Assembly (NCBI GenBank): GCA_050250875.1
Contig: JBFWNV010000009.1
Span: 45,170 to 109,169 of the forward strand
From: Vicinamibacterales bacterium
GTDB lineage: Bacteria; Acidobacteriota; Vicinamibacteria; Vicinamibacterales; UBA2999
Direction: 5' to 3'
DNA: 64,000 bases
Position 1 is the stretch's first letter; each line of letters begins with the position of its first letter. A model generated the notes under the pieces. It had not been told where the DNA came from. It searched no databases and worked only from the letters and a program-made list of their open reading frames with translations. The position numbers were made by a program, and so were the translations under genes. Below are positions 1-8,962 of this stretch, in pieces.

Positions 1-755
1 TGGCGTCGTCGCTGGTCGAACCGGTGCTGTGGCAGCTGCTGACCGAGGCCGTGGACGTGATGCCCCACGGCGGAACCCTGACCCTGCGCTGCATGAACGT
101 CGAGTTCGGCGCCGCCCGCGGGGCGGCCCGGCGCGAGCGGTTCGTCCGGGTCGAGTTGAGCGGACCCACCTTGTTCGCCGGCGGCGGATCGGCTTCGGCC
201 GTCGAATCCCCGGCCGCCGACGCTGTCGCGCCGCTCGACGCCCTGGCGCTGGCCGGCGGTCGCATCAGCCGCGAGAGCGACGGCGCGACGATGGCCACCT
301 GGGCCGTCCTGCTGCCCTCCGACGGCGTCGAGCCGCTCGGCGCACCGGCCGCGGCGAGCCGCGGCGCCAGCATCCTGGTCGTCGATGCCGACGTGGCGCG
401 CCGCAGCCTGATGCAGGCGCTGCTGCAGCGCCAGGGCTTCGTCGCCCACGTCGCCGCCTCGGTCGACGACGCGGCGCGCGCCCTCGACGACTCGCCCGTC
501 GACCTGATGGTGGCCGACGCCGCGCTGCGCGGCCTCAGCGGCGATGCCGCCACGCTGGCCCGCTCGCACGCCGTCAAGGTGCTGCCGATCGAGACCCGGA
601 GCGGCGGTACCGGCGCGGCGCCGGCGCTGCAGGCGCCATTCACCGCCCAGCAGCTGCTGGCCGGCGTCGAGTCGGCCCTCGGCATGGACGGGGCGCCGGC
701 GTCGCCGCGGGTGCTCGCGTACCGCGAGGCGTGTCACTCGGAGGAGATCGCGTGA
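1..755 (+). CDS. hybrid sensor histidine kinase, C-terminal fragment (gene begins upstream of the window)
   Basis: The frame of ORF 24..755 stays open back to nt 3. 'VMPHGGTLTLRC' resembles the end of an HATPase_c domain. It is followed by a receiver-like block 'ILVVDADVARRSLMQALLQRQGF...VDLMVADAAL'. Confidence 0.7.
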   Translation, partial: ASSLVEPVLWQLLTEAVDVMPHGGTLTLRCMNVEFGAARGAARRERFVRVELSGPTLFAGGGSASAVESPAADAVAPLDALALAGGRISRESDGATMATWAVLLPSDGVEPLGAPAAASRGASILVVDADVARRSLMQALLQRQGFVAHVAASVDDAARALDDSPVDLMVADAALRGLSGDAATLARSHAVKVLPIETRSGGTGAAPALQAPFTAQQLLAGVESALGMDGAPASPRVLAYREACHSEEIA

Positions 756-807
756 TCGACGCCGGGCCGGGCGTGTGCCCGGCCGGCGACGACGGCAGGG
801 GAGCGGC

Positions 808-1881
808 ATGGCGAAGAACACGGTGATCACGCTCGACATCCGGCGGCGTGCCCGCGAGGCCGACCTCGCGGCGATCGACGGCCTGCTCGACGGCATGATG
901 GCGCTGCTGCGCGATCTGCTGCTGGCCGACGACGACGTGGTCCGCGGCCCGCTGGCCGAGCGGATCGAAACGTGCCGCAGCGCGCTGGCCGGCGGCGTGC
1001 CACCCACCGACCTGAGCGAGCTGAGCGCCGCCTGTCTGGCCGAGGGCCGCGAGGTGGTGGCCGCCGCGGCCCAGCAACGGGCCCAGCGCCTGCAGGACTC
1101 GATGGCGCTGGTGGCGGCGCTGCGCGAGGTGATGGCGACCATCGGGTCCGAGATGTCGTCGATGCACACCAGCATCTCGCAGAGCACCGAACGCTTCGAG
1201 GCGATCGGCCTGCTGTCGAACCCTCAGCAGATCAAGGCCCGGCTGGTCGCCGAAGTGCTCACCCTGAAGCAGATCGCCGTGAAACGGCGCCGCGTGTGGG
1301 AGGAGACGGCCAGGACGCTGACCCAGCGCGTCGAAACGCTCGAGCACGACCTGTCGCACGTCCGTTCCCAGGCGAGCACCGACCCGCTGACGGGCGTGGC
1401 CAACCGCCGGGGCTTCGACCAGACCTGCGACCGCTGGGTCCGAACATCGCGATCGCAGTTCGTGATGGCGATCCTCGACGTCGACGACTTCAAGTCGGTC
1501 AACGACACCCGCGGCCACGGCGCCGGCGACGAACTGCTGAAGCTGGTGGCGCGCCAGCTGGCCAGCTCGTTCCGCGAGAGCGACATCGTCGCGCGCGTCG
1601 GCGGCGACGAGTTCGCGGTGCTGGCCGCCGACCTCACCCTGGCCCAGGCCGAGCGGCGCATCGCCGGGGTGCTGTCGCAGATCGCCAGCGGCCTGCCCGG
1701 TCCCGACGGCATCGTGCACCAGGCGACGCTCAGCTGCGGGGTCGCCGAGTTCTCGGCCGGCGACACTCCGGCCAGCCTCTACGAACGCGCCGACGAGGCC
1801 CAGTACACGGCCAAGAAGCAGGGCAAGAACCGGGTGGTCGCCAAGGCCCGGCCGCTCATGCGCGACCTGTCGAAGCGGTAG
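808..1881 (+). CDS. diguanylate cyclase (GGDEF domain) with N-terminal coiled-coil-like sensor region
   Basis: Lies inside ORF 544..1881, with ATG 808 just after the upstream stop at 755. Motifs are 'DPLTGVANRRGF', 'DVDDFKSVNDTRGHGAGDELL' and an intact 'RVGGDEFAVL'. An RxxD I-site 'RESD' sits five residues upstream of GGDEF, and 'YTAKKQGKNRV' is at the C-terminus. Confidence 0.9.
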   Translation: MAKNTVITLDIRRRAREADLAAIDGLLDGMMALLRDLLLADDDVVRGPLAERIETCRSALAGGVPPTDLSELSAACLAEGREVVAAAAQQRAQRLQDSMALVAALREVMATIGSEMSSMHTSISQSTERFEAIGLLSNPQQIKARLVAEVLTLKQIAVKRRRVWEETARTLTQRVETLEHDLSHVRSQASTDPLTGVANRRGFDQTCDRWVRTSRSQFVMAILDVDDFKSVNDTRGHGAGDELLKLVARQLASSFRESDIVARVGGDEFAVLAADLTLAQAERRIAGVLSQIASGLPGPDGIVHQATLSCGVAEFSAGDTPASLYERADEAQYTAKKQGKNRVVAKARPLMRDLSKR

Positions 1882-1885
1882 GGCG

Positions 1886-2941
1886 GTGCAGGACCTTTTC
1901 CACGCCCGGCGGGTGCTGGTGGTCGACGACTCACCGGCATTCGCGTCGGCTCTGGCCCGGCTACTGTCGGCCGAAGGGTTCGGCGTCGAGGTCGTGCACG
2001 ACAGCGCGGCGGCGTTCGACGCCGTCGCCCGCCACGACCCCGACGTCGTCCTGCTCGACGTCGAGATTCCGGGACAGAGCGGCTTCGAGGTCTGCCGCAG
2101 CCTCAAGCAGAACGCCATCACCCGCCTCACGCCGGTGGTCCTGCTCACCGGGCTGAGCGGGCGCGAGCACCGGCTCGCCGGCATCGAGGCCGGCGCCGAC
2201 GACTTCCTCACCAAGCCGATCGACTCGAGCGAGCTGACCGCACGGGTCCGCTCGCTGTCGCGTCTGAAGCGCTACACCGACGAACTGGAGTCGGCCGAAT
2301 CGGTGATCGTCAGCCTGGCGCTCACCGTCGAGGCCCGCGACGCCTACACCGAGGGCCACTGCGATCGGCTGTCGACCTACGCGGTCGAGCTCGGCCGGGC
2401 GATCGGCCTTTCGGAAGACGAACTGGCGGCGCTGCGCCGCGGTGGCATCCTGCACGACGTCGGCAAGATCGGCATTCCCGACGCGGTGCTGCTCAAGCCC
2501 GGTCGGCTCACCCGCGAGGAGTACGAGCTGGTGAAGCAGCACACCGTGATCGGCGAGCGGCTGTGCGCCGGGTTGCGCTCGCTGTCGGCGGTGCGGCCGA
2601 TCATCCGGCAGCACCACGAACGTCTGAACGGCTCGGGGTATCCCGACGGGCTGCGCGGCGATCGGATCTCGGTGCTGGCCCAGATCATCGGCGTGGTCGA
2701 CGCCTTCGACGCGATGACCACCGACCGGCCGTATCGCTCGGCGCTTGGACTCGACCGCGCCATCGACGAACTGCGCCGCGACGTCAGCCGCGGCGCGATG
2801 AGCGCCGATCTGGTGACCCCGTTCGTCGAACTGGTCTCGGCATCGGCGTCGGGCTGGCAGACGCCGGCGACCGGGTTGGAGGCCTGGCGCCGACTGACGG
2901 TGATGGTGCCGGCGGCGAGCCGTTCCGTCGCGCCGCGCTAG
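1886..2941 (+). CDS. response regulator with HD-GYP c-di-GMP phosphodiesterase domain (RpfG-like)
   Basis: The N-terminal receiver reads 'RVLVVDDSPAF...DVVLLDVEIPGQSGFEV...DDFLTKP'. The HD-GYP motifs are 'HDVGKIGIPDAVL' and 'HHERLNGSGYPDGL'. Confidence 0.9.
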   Translation: MQDLFHARRVLVVDDSPAFASALARLLSAEGFGVEVVHDSAAAFDAVARHDPDVVLLDVEIPGQSGFEVCRSLKQNAITRLTPVVLLTGLSGREHRLAGIEAGADDFLTKPIDSSELTARVRSLSRLKRYTDELESAESVIVSLALTVEARDAYTEGHCDRLSTYAVELGRAIGLSEDELAALRRGGILHDVGKIGIPDAVLLKPGRLTREEYELVKQHTVIGERLCAGLRSLSAVRPIIRQHHERLNGSGYPDGLRGDRISVLAQIIGVVDAFDAMTTDRPYRSALGLDRAIDELRRDVSRGAMSADLVTPFVELVSASASGWQTPATGLEAWRRLTVMVPAASRSVAPR

Positions 2942-2947
2942 GCGGCG

Positions 2948-3748
2948 TCACCGCCCGCCGGGGGGCAGGGTGATGATCCAGGTCTCGAGCCCCTCCTCGG
3001 CGACGAGACGCGCGGCGCTCGCCTCGGCGTCGGCGCGGTCGCGGAAGGGGCCGACCCGGACGCGGAACATCGGTTGCGCCGCCGTTCTGACCGGCTGAAC
3101 GTAGGCGTTGAAGCCCTTTCCGGTGAGCGTTCCGGCCAAGGCGTCGGCCTCGGAGCGCACCGGCACGGCCTTGACCTGGATGGTGTAAGCCGCCGATCGC
3201 GGCGCCGGCCCGGGAGGCGGGGTGGCCGCCGGGGCGGAGGGCGCGGTGGCGGGCTGCGTCGCGACGGGCTCGGCCGCCGTGCTGGTGTCGGGGCGCGCCG
3301 GCGCAGAAGTCCTCGGCGGTTCGGCCGCGGGCGGCGTCGCCGAGCCCGGTGATGCGCCGACGGGCTCGGGCGCGGCTGCGGGGTCCGAACGGGCGGACGC
3401 CACGGGGGGCGGTTCGAGCGCTGCCGGTGCGGTTGGCGGCGTAGCGACGGACGCCGGCGCGGCGGAAGGCGTGGAGCTCGCCGGCGGCAGGGGCGTCGCG
3501 ACGGGCGCGTCGGCCGCCGTCCGGGGTGAGCGGCCTGACGGAGGCAGCGGGCCTGGAGCAGGCTCAGCCGCCGGCGCGCCGCTGTCGGCGCCGACGGCGC
3601 CAATCCGCCCGCTCAGGGTAGTGGTGAACGGCAGCAGGATGACCGTCGTGGCGGCCAGAAGCACCAGCGTGAGGGCGGCGGGGCCGATTCTGACCGTTCG
3701 TGCTCTGGAGAGTTCCCGCAGCCGGAGACCCGGCAGAGGCGCTGGCAT
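2948..3748 (-). CDS. SPOR-domain membrane-anchored protein
   Basis: ATG at 3748. A hydrophobic anchor 'AALTLVLLAATTVILLPF' is followed by a long Pro/Ala-rich linker. The C-terminal ~75 aa 'YTIQVKAVPVRSEADALAGTL...FRVRVGPFRDRADAEA' match the SPOR repeat pattern. Confidence 0.75.
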   Translation of the reverse strand: MPAPLPGLRLRELSRARTVRIGPAALTLVLLAATTVILLPFTTTLSGRIGAVGADSGAPAAEPAPGPLPPSGRSPRTAADAPVATPLPPASSTPSAAPASVATPPTAPAALEPPPVASARSDPAAAPEPVGASPGSATPPAAEPPRTSAPARPDTSTAAEPVATQPATAPSAPAATPPPGPAPRSAAYTIQVKAVPVRSEADALAGTLTGKGFNAYVQPVRTAAQPMFRVRVGPFRDRADAEASAARLVAEEGLETWIITLPPGGR

Positions 3749-3822
3749 GGCGATACGTGTCCTGGATCTATATCACCACGCGTCACGCGGCGGATCGGCT
3801 CACCGTGGGCCCGACGGCGCCG

Positions 3823-5034
3823 TCAGGCCGCGATCAGGCCCGACAGTGCGTCGCGGAACTCCGCCGGATCGACGACATAGGCGGCTCCCCGGCGCTCGCA
3901 GAACAGATGGCGGTAGCGGTGGCCGAGCGAATGCGCGAGTCCGAAGTACACGGCGCCGGCGAACGGCTCAGCGGAGGTGATCTCGAGGATTCGCGCGTGG
4001 TGCGCGAAGATCATGTTGGTGAGCGCGGCTCCCCGCGATCCGACGATGATCGTCGCGGCGGCGAACAGCCGGACCTGCTCGTCGAATGACAAGGCCTCCG
4101 GCTGAACGATCTCGAAGCCGAACTCCTGCAGGCTGTCCGTCAGCTCGTCCTCATTGAGGATCTGCCGGTGCCGCGTCGCGGCCCGCGAGATGTACAGGCG
4201 CCGCCCGGCCGACGGCGGCTCGCCGCATGCCCGCGATACGACGCAGCGGCGGACATAGGCCAGCGCATCGGGCGGCACCATACCGACCAGCGGCTCGGTG
4301 ATGAAGGACGGCAGCACCAGCCGCTCGACCCGCACCCAGTCGTCGGCGACCTCGCCGACGGCGGCGCCGGCCGGCAGACACGCCTCCAGCGAGCGGCGCT
4401 GATACGGGCGCAGCGTCGGTGGCACCGCCACAGTCAAGGGCGGTCGCTCGGGCCATCGCTGCAGCACGTAGAGGCGCAGCACGCAGTCGTGGATCCAGTG
4501 GTAGTAGTTGTCGTACGGCCGGCACATCACCGTCGCCCAGGTGCCGGCGAGCGGGTGCACGGCGCCGAGATCGAGACCGGCCGCGGCAGCGATGTGGCGC
4601 TCGACCTTCTTGACCGAGTCGGCAATCACGGCGCCGTCGACGGTGCAGGCCAGACCCGACGGAACGTGGAGATAAGCAGGCGCGAACGTCGCGACCGACG
4701 CGCCCTTGAGGTCGAGGCGGCCGCGCACGAAGTCGTAGGTGCGGTCGACGAAGGCCCGGCCGGGACCATCGCCAAACGTCACCGACCATGGGGCGATAAC
4801 CGGGACGGCGCCGACGAAGCCGGTGAGCGTGGCGCCGTCGGCGTCGATCTGCGCTACCCGCGTGAACGGCGTCCCGCGGATGAGCAGCGGCCAGAGGAGC
4901 CGACGCAGGCGCTTGTGGAGCGCGGCGACGCGATGCAGCGGTCCAGGGCCCACGCGCACCCCGAGCCGCTGCAGCCGGTCGACCGCCCGCATCGCCGGCG
5001 CGACGAGACGCAACAGCACCTGCGACGAGCGCAT
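3823..5034 (-). CDS. glycosyltransferase, DUF563/GT61-like
   Basis: Start trimmed to ATG 5034, which is in frame and 49 nt after the upstream stop at 5084. The longer ORF N-terminus is Arg/Ser-rich shadow sequence. The signature block is 'RRLYISRAATRHRQILNEDEL...GFEIVQPEALSFDEQVRLF...IVGSRGAALTNMIF'. Confidence 0.8.
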   Translation of the reverse strand: MRSSQVLLRLVAPAMRAVDRLQRLGVRVGPGPLHRVAALHKRLRRLLWPLLIRGTPFTRVAQIDADGATLTGFVGAVPVIAPWSVTFGDGPGRAFVDRTYDFVRGRLDLKGASVATFAPAYLHVPSGLACTVDGAVIADSVKKVERHIAAAAGLDLGAVHPLAGTWATVMCRPYDNYYHWIHDCVLRLYVLQRWPERPPLTVAVPPTLRPYQRRSLEACLPAGAAVGEVADDWVRVERLVLPSFITEPLVGMVPPDALAYVRRCVVSRACGEPPSAGRRLYISRAATRHRQILNEDELTDSLQEFGFEIVQPEALSFDEQVRLFAAATIIVGSRGAALTNMIFAHHARILEITSAEPFAGAVYFGLAHSLGHRYRHLFCERRGAAYVVDPAEFRDALSGLIAA

Positions 5035-5083
5035 CACGGCTGCCGGCGCCGCCTCCCGCAGGCCGGCGCGACAACCGGCCGGT

Positions 5084-6427
5084 TCACAACAGCGCGAGGA
5101 GCATCGAGGCGATGCATCGCAGCTGGATGGAGCACACGTTCGAAATGCCCAGCAGGCACTTGAGCTCGCTGAGCGTGACCCAGCGGTAGTCCTCGCCGAC
5201 GTCGACCGCTTCGTCGACCAGGACGAGCTCGAAGTCGCTTTCGTCGCGGAAGAACCGCCCGCCCTCGTCCGATTCCAGGGTGTGCGCCAGCGTGGTCGGC
5301 TGGCAGGCCTGCAGTCCTTCCAGCGCCGCGCTGTCGGACGCCGGTGCCGATCCGCCCGGGGACGCGACGTAGGTCGGGTACATCGCCGCGCCGGTCGAGA
5401 GTCCGGGCTCGCCACGCCCATGCACCAGCGCCTGGAGGGCGCCATCGACCACCGCGAGCGCGAGCACGACGCGGCCGCGGGTCCGGCTGTTCAGCAGCGG
5501 CTGGGTCCACCGCGGCACTTCGCGGGTTGGCGCCTCGATGCGGAAGAACTGCACGTCGAAGCCCTGCGCCGCGGGCTCGAGCTCGAACAGCCCGTATTCG
5601 TTCAAATCCCAGTGGTCGAGCTCGGTCAGCGGCACCAGCCGTACGGGAGGGCGCGGCCGCCCGACCTGCGCCAGCGCTCCGCCGATGATCGCCGGCCGCG
5701 GCCGGCGGGCGAGACTGGTGTGGGCGGCCCGCCCCACGTCGTCGAGGTCGTCGCGGCTCGGCCACTGGCTCCACGGCATCACCGCCAGCATCGAGCGCAG
5801 GTCGGTGTTCATCAGGGCCCCTTCCAGGACGGCCTTCTTGAGCAGCGAGGCGGGCACCCACAGGAATCCGGGCTCGACCGGCAGGCTCCCAATCGCCTCG
5901 ACGCAGACCAGGCGCTTGTTCTTCAACAGGTAGCGGCTGCCCAGATCGAGTTCGGTCCAGTCACCGACCGGCGCCACGCCGGTGCGGGCATGCTGGAAGC
6001 ATTCCAGATACGGCGTTGGCCGGCCGCCGTGCACACGGAGGTAGTTCGCTGGGGTCGACTGGACGGTCGGCCCGTACTGGGCGACGCCGAGGTTCCCGGG
6101 TTCGACACGGGCCTGGAGCAGGACGAAGAGTTCGTCGTCGCGGGAGGCCACGACGAGGCCGTTGAACGCCGACTGCGGCTGGTAGAGCAGAACGAGCGGC
6201 CGGCCCTCGTCGTCGCCCCGGGGCGTCACCCCGACGACACTGAAGAAGCCGCCGGATACATGTGAGATGGCCCCGTCGGTGAGCCGCCAGGCGGTAGCGT
6301 CCCGCATCGCGATCGGCTCGCAGACGAACCCGTCGCTGCCGCTGGAGAGCACCTGCCGCATGTCGTCGACCGACGAGGCCCGGACGAGATGGCCGGCAGG
6401 GCTGAGGGGAGGATGGCTGGTGGGCAC
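5084..6427 (-). CDS. NDP-hexose 2,3-dehydratase (EvaA/TylX3 family)
   Basis: Shows the two-halves architecture typical of this family. The first half reads 'GGFFSVVGV...LLQARVEPGNLGVAQYGPTVQSTPANYLRVHGGRPTPYLECF'. The second half reads 'FFRIEAPTREVPRWTQPLLNS'. GTG start at 6427. Confidence 0.85.
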   Translation of the reverse strand: MPTSHPPLSPAGHLVRASSVDDMRQVLSSGSDGFVCEPIAMRDATAWRLTDGAISHVSGGFFSVVGVTPRGDDEGRPLVLLYQPQSAFNGLVVASRDDELFVLLQARVEPGNLGVAQYGPTVQSTPANYLRVHGGRPTPYLECFQHARTGVAPVGDWTELDLGSRYLLKNKRLVCVEAIGSLPVEPGFLWVPASLLKKAVLEGALMNTDLRSMLAVMPWSQWPSRDDLDDVGRAAHTSLARRPRPAIIGGALAQVGRPRPPVRLVPLTELDHWDLNEYGLFELEPAAQGFDVQFFRIEAPTREVPRWTQPLLNSRTRGRVVLALAVVDGALQALVHGRGEPGLSTGAAMYPTYVASPGGSAPASDSAALEGLQACQPTTLAHTLESDEGGRFFRDESDFELVLVDEAVDVGEDYRWVTLSELKCLLGISNVCSIQLRCIASMLLALL

Positions 6428-6687
6428 GTTGTGATTCTCGAACGACCTCGTCGATGCGGCGCCGCGCCTCTCGCCCGGTGGCGGCTACAGTTCTTCCGGG
6501 TGGCGCCGATACCTCCTACCAGGAGTTGCCGCCCCGGTGCTGCCGACGAGTACTCAACGCCCATCCGCGGCCGACGGCCCGCGGCCGAGCGCCCGGCGCC
6601 TGGATGATTTGGCCAGCGCCCATCTCGTCGAGCTTACGATACTCGCCGCGCTCGTGTTTGCACAATACGTGCTCGGCTGGGCCTGAT

Positions 6688-8646
6688 CTACCCGACGGCC
6701 GGGCGCACCACCGGCCGGTCGACGTCGACGGTGCCGGCCTCGTCCGCCGCCAGACGCGCCTCCGGCAGCACCTGGTTGAGGTACACCCGCAGCCCGCGCT
6801 CATCGTCGCTGAGGGCGAGCAGCGTCAGTTCGTCGATGACCTGGTCCAGCAGGTCGTCCGGGTAGGGCGCGAGCTTGCCGATGTAGATCTTCGGGTGCCG
6901 GGTGCGCGAGATGTGCTCGCCGGTCACCGCGAGTTCCTCGAAGAGCTTTTCGCCCGGCCGCAGCCCGGAAAAGACGATTTCGATGTCGGTGAAGGGCTTG
7001 AAGCCGGAGAGCCGGATCGTCTCCTTCGCCAGGTCGAGGATGCGGACCGGCTCGCCCATGTCGAGGATGAAGATCTCGCCGCCTACGCCGATCGCCGCCG
7101 CCTGCAGCACGAGCTGTGCGGCTTCGGGGATGGTCATGAAGTAGCGCACCATGTCCGGCGAGGTCACGACGACCGGTCCGCCCTTGCGAATCTGCTCCTG
7201 GAAGATCGGGATGACCGACCCGGCCGATCCGATCACGTTGCCGAACCGCACGGCGACGTAGCGGGTGTCGTACGAACGATTGAGGCTCTGCACGACCAGC
7301 TCGGTGATCCGCTTCGAGGCGCCCATCACCGAGGTGGGCCGGACCGCTTTGTCGGTGGAGATGAGCACGAACACCTCGACCTCGTACTCCCCGGCCAGAC
7401 GCGCCAGCGTCCGGGTCGCCAGCACGTTGTTGGTGATCGCCTCCGCCGGGTTGTGCTCGAGCATCGGCACGTGCTTGTGAGCCGCCGCGTGCAGCACGAA
7501 CGCCGGACGGTACTGCTCGAACACGGCCCGCATCCTCGACTCGACGGCGATGTCGGCGAGTACCGGCCGGCACTCGATGTCGGGCAGCAGTTCGCGCATC
7601 TCGCGCTCGATGTTGAAGAGCGCGAACTCCGATCGCTCGACCAGCAGCACCCGCCACGGCGCGAACCGCGCGACCTGGCGCACCAGCTCGGAGCCGATCG
7701 ATCCGCCGGCGCCGGTGACCATGACGGTGCGCCCGCTGATGAGTCGGGCCATGTCCGACACGTCGAGATCCACCGGCGCGCGGCCGAGCAGGTCCTCCAC
7801 CTGAACGTCACGGATTCGACTGACCTGCAGGCGGCCGTCCAGGATCTCCGACATCGACGGCGCGATCCGCACCTTGACGGGAATCGCGTCGCAGATGTCG
7901 CGGATGCGCTGGAACTGGGCGCGCGACAGCGTCTCGATGGTGACGACGACGTGGTCGATGCCCTCGCTGCCGACCAGGGTCGGCAGGTCCTGGGTCGTCC
8001 CGACGACCCGGATGCCCTGGATCACGGTGCCGCGCTTGTTGGGATCGTCGTCGACGAAGCCGCGGACCTCGAGCGCCGACTTGGGATTGCTCTGGATCTC
8101 GCGGGCCGCCATCATGCCGCTGCGGCCCGCGCCGATGAGGAGCACAGGGCTGCGCACCGGAGCCTCGCCGTCGGCGGCGCCGCTCGCCTGGCGCCGGTGC
8201 CACTCGTACAGGAACCGGCGCAGAATCCGAACCGCGAGCAGGCCGCCGAACGCCAACCCCGTGTCGAGGACGATTACCGACATCGGGACTCGCCACGCCG
8301 CCCATGAGTCGGGCAGCCCGACCCGGGCCGCGAACAGGACGGCGGCGGTGCTGAGCGCCGCCCCCAGGAAGGCGCGCAGGTCGGCCATGCCGACGTAGCG
8401 CCAGATGAACGCCTGGATGCCGAACAGGCCGAGCGTCACGACCTGCAGCAGGACCACATACGGCAGCTGCAGCCGGAGCTGGTCGGCGTCGACGGGCGGG
8501 ATCTCGAAGTCGAACCGCAGCAGGTAGGCCAGCTGGAACGCCAGGGCGCAGACCAGCAGATCCACGAGACGCTGCGCGGCGCGCGTGACGCGTTGCCGCA
8601 GCGAGACCTTTGTCTCGTGATTCCGTGTGTCGGTAGCTGCCGTCAT
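6688..8646 (-). CDS. membrane-bound nucleotide-sugar 4,6-dehydratase (CapD/WbpM/PglF family)
   Basis: ATG at 8646; the track ORF begins at a TTG at 8658. N-terminal hydrophobic helices are followed by the Rossmann motif 'VMVTGAGGSIGSEL' and 'LISTDKAVRPTSVMGASKR'. Confidence 0.9.
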   Translation of the reverse strand: MTAATDTRNHETKVSLRQRVTRAAQRLVDLLVCALAFQLAYLLRFDFEIPPVDADQLRLQLPYVVLLQVVTLGLFGIQAFIWRYVGMADLRAFLGAALSTAAVLFAARVGLPDSWAAWRVPMSVIVLDTGLAFGGLLAVRILRRFLYEWHRRQASGAADGEAPVRSPVLLIGAGRSGMMAAREIQSNPKSALEVRGFVDDDPNKRGTVIQGIRVVGTTQDLPTLVGSEGIDHVVVTIETLSRAQFQRIRDICDAIPVKVRIAPSMSEILDGRLQVSRIRDVQVEDLLGRAPVDLDVSDMARLISGRTVMVTGAGGSIGSELVRQVARFAPWRVLLVERSEFALFNIEREMRELLPDIECRPVLADIAVESRMRAVFEQYRPAFVLHAAAHKHVPMLEHNPAEAITNNVLATRTLARLAGEYEVEVFVLISTDKAVRPTSVMGASKRITELVVQSLNRSYDTRYVAVRFGNVIGSAGSVIPIFQEQIRKGGPVVVTSPDMVRYFMTIPEAAQLVLQAAAIGVGGEIFILDMGEPVRILDLAKETIRLSGFKPFTDIEIVFSGLRPGEKLFEELAVTGEHISRTRHPKIYIGKLAPYPDDLLDQVIDELTLLALSDDERGLRVYLNQVLPEARLAADEAGTVDVDRPVVRPAVG

Positions 8647-8962
8647 GGCGAAGTCCAACCGGGCGCAGGCCGCGTCACCGTCCCAGCGGGCAGTGGCGCG
8701 ACGACAGCGTCATCGCTGGCGTCCGGACCGGGGGCAGGTCAGGAATCGCCATTATGCGCAGGTACGTCTCCTGTCGTGCAAGCTTTCTCGTCGACCCGGT
8801 GCGCCGTGAGACGGACCGACCCGCCGCCTTCACGCGTGTCGCCAGCCAGGCCGCTGCCGGCCGGGTCCCCGCCGTGGCAGGGGAACCACGAACCGTGCCA
8901 CGTCGCGGGCGTCGGCCGCGCGGCTCCACGCCTCGTTCAGCGACGACGCGGCACTCCGACCC

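Noticed and set aside
640-2214. A 524-aa minus-strand ORF overlapping the GGDEF and REC-HD-GYP genes.
   Set aside because: It is antisense to two genes with clear domain motifs. Its translation is Arg/Ala/Gly/Pro-rich with no motifs, the typical shadow ORF of a GC3-rich genome.
6454-8307. A 617-aa plus-strand ORF opposite the CapD/PglF-type gene.
   Set aside because: It is a shadow ORF with Arg/Asp/His-rich, low-complexity-like translation. The opposite strand carries unmistakable Rossmann and catalytic motifs.
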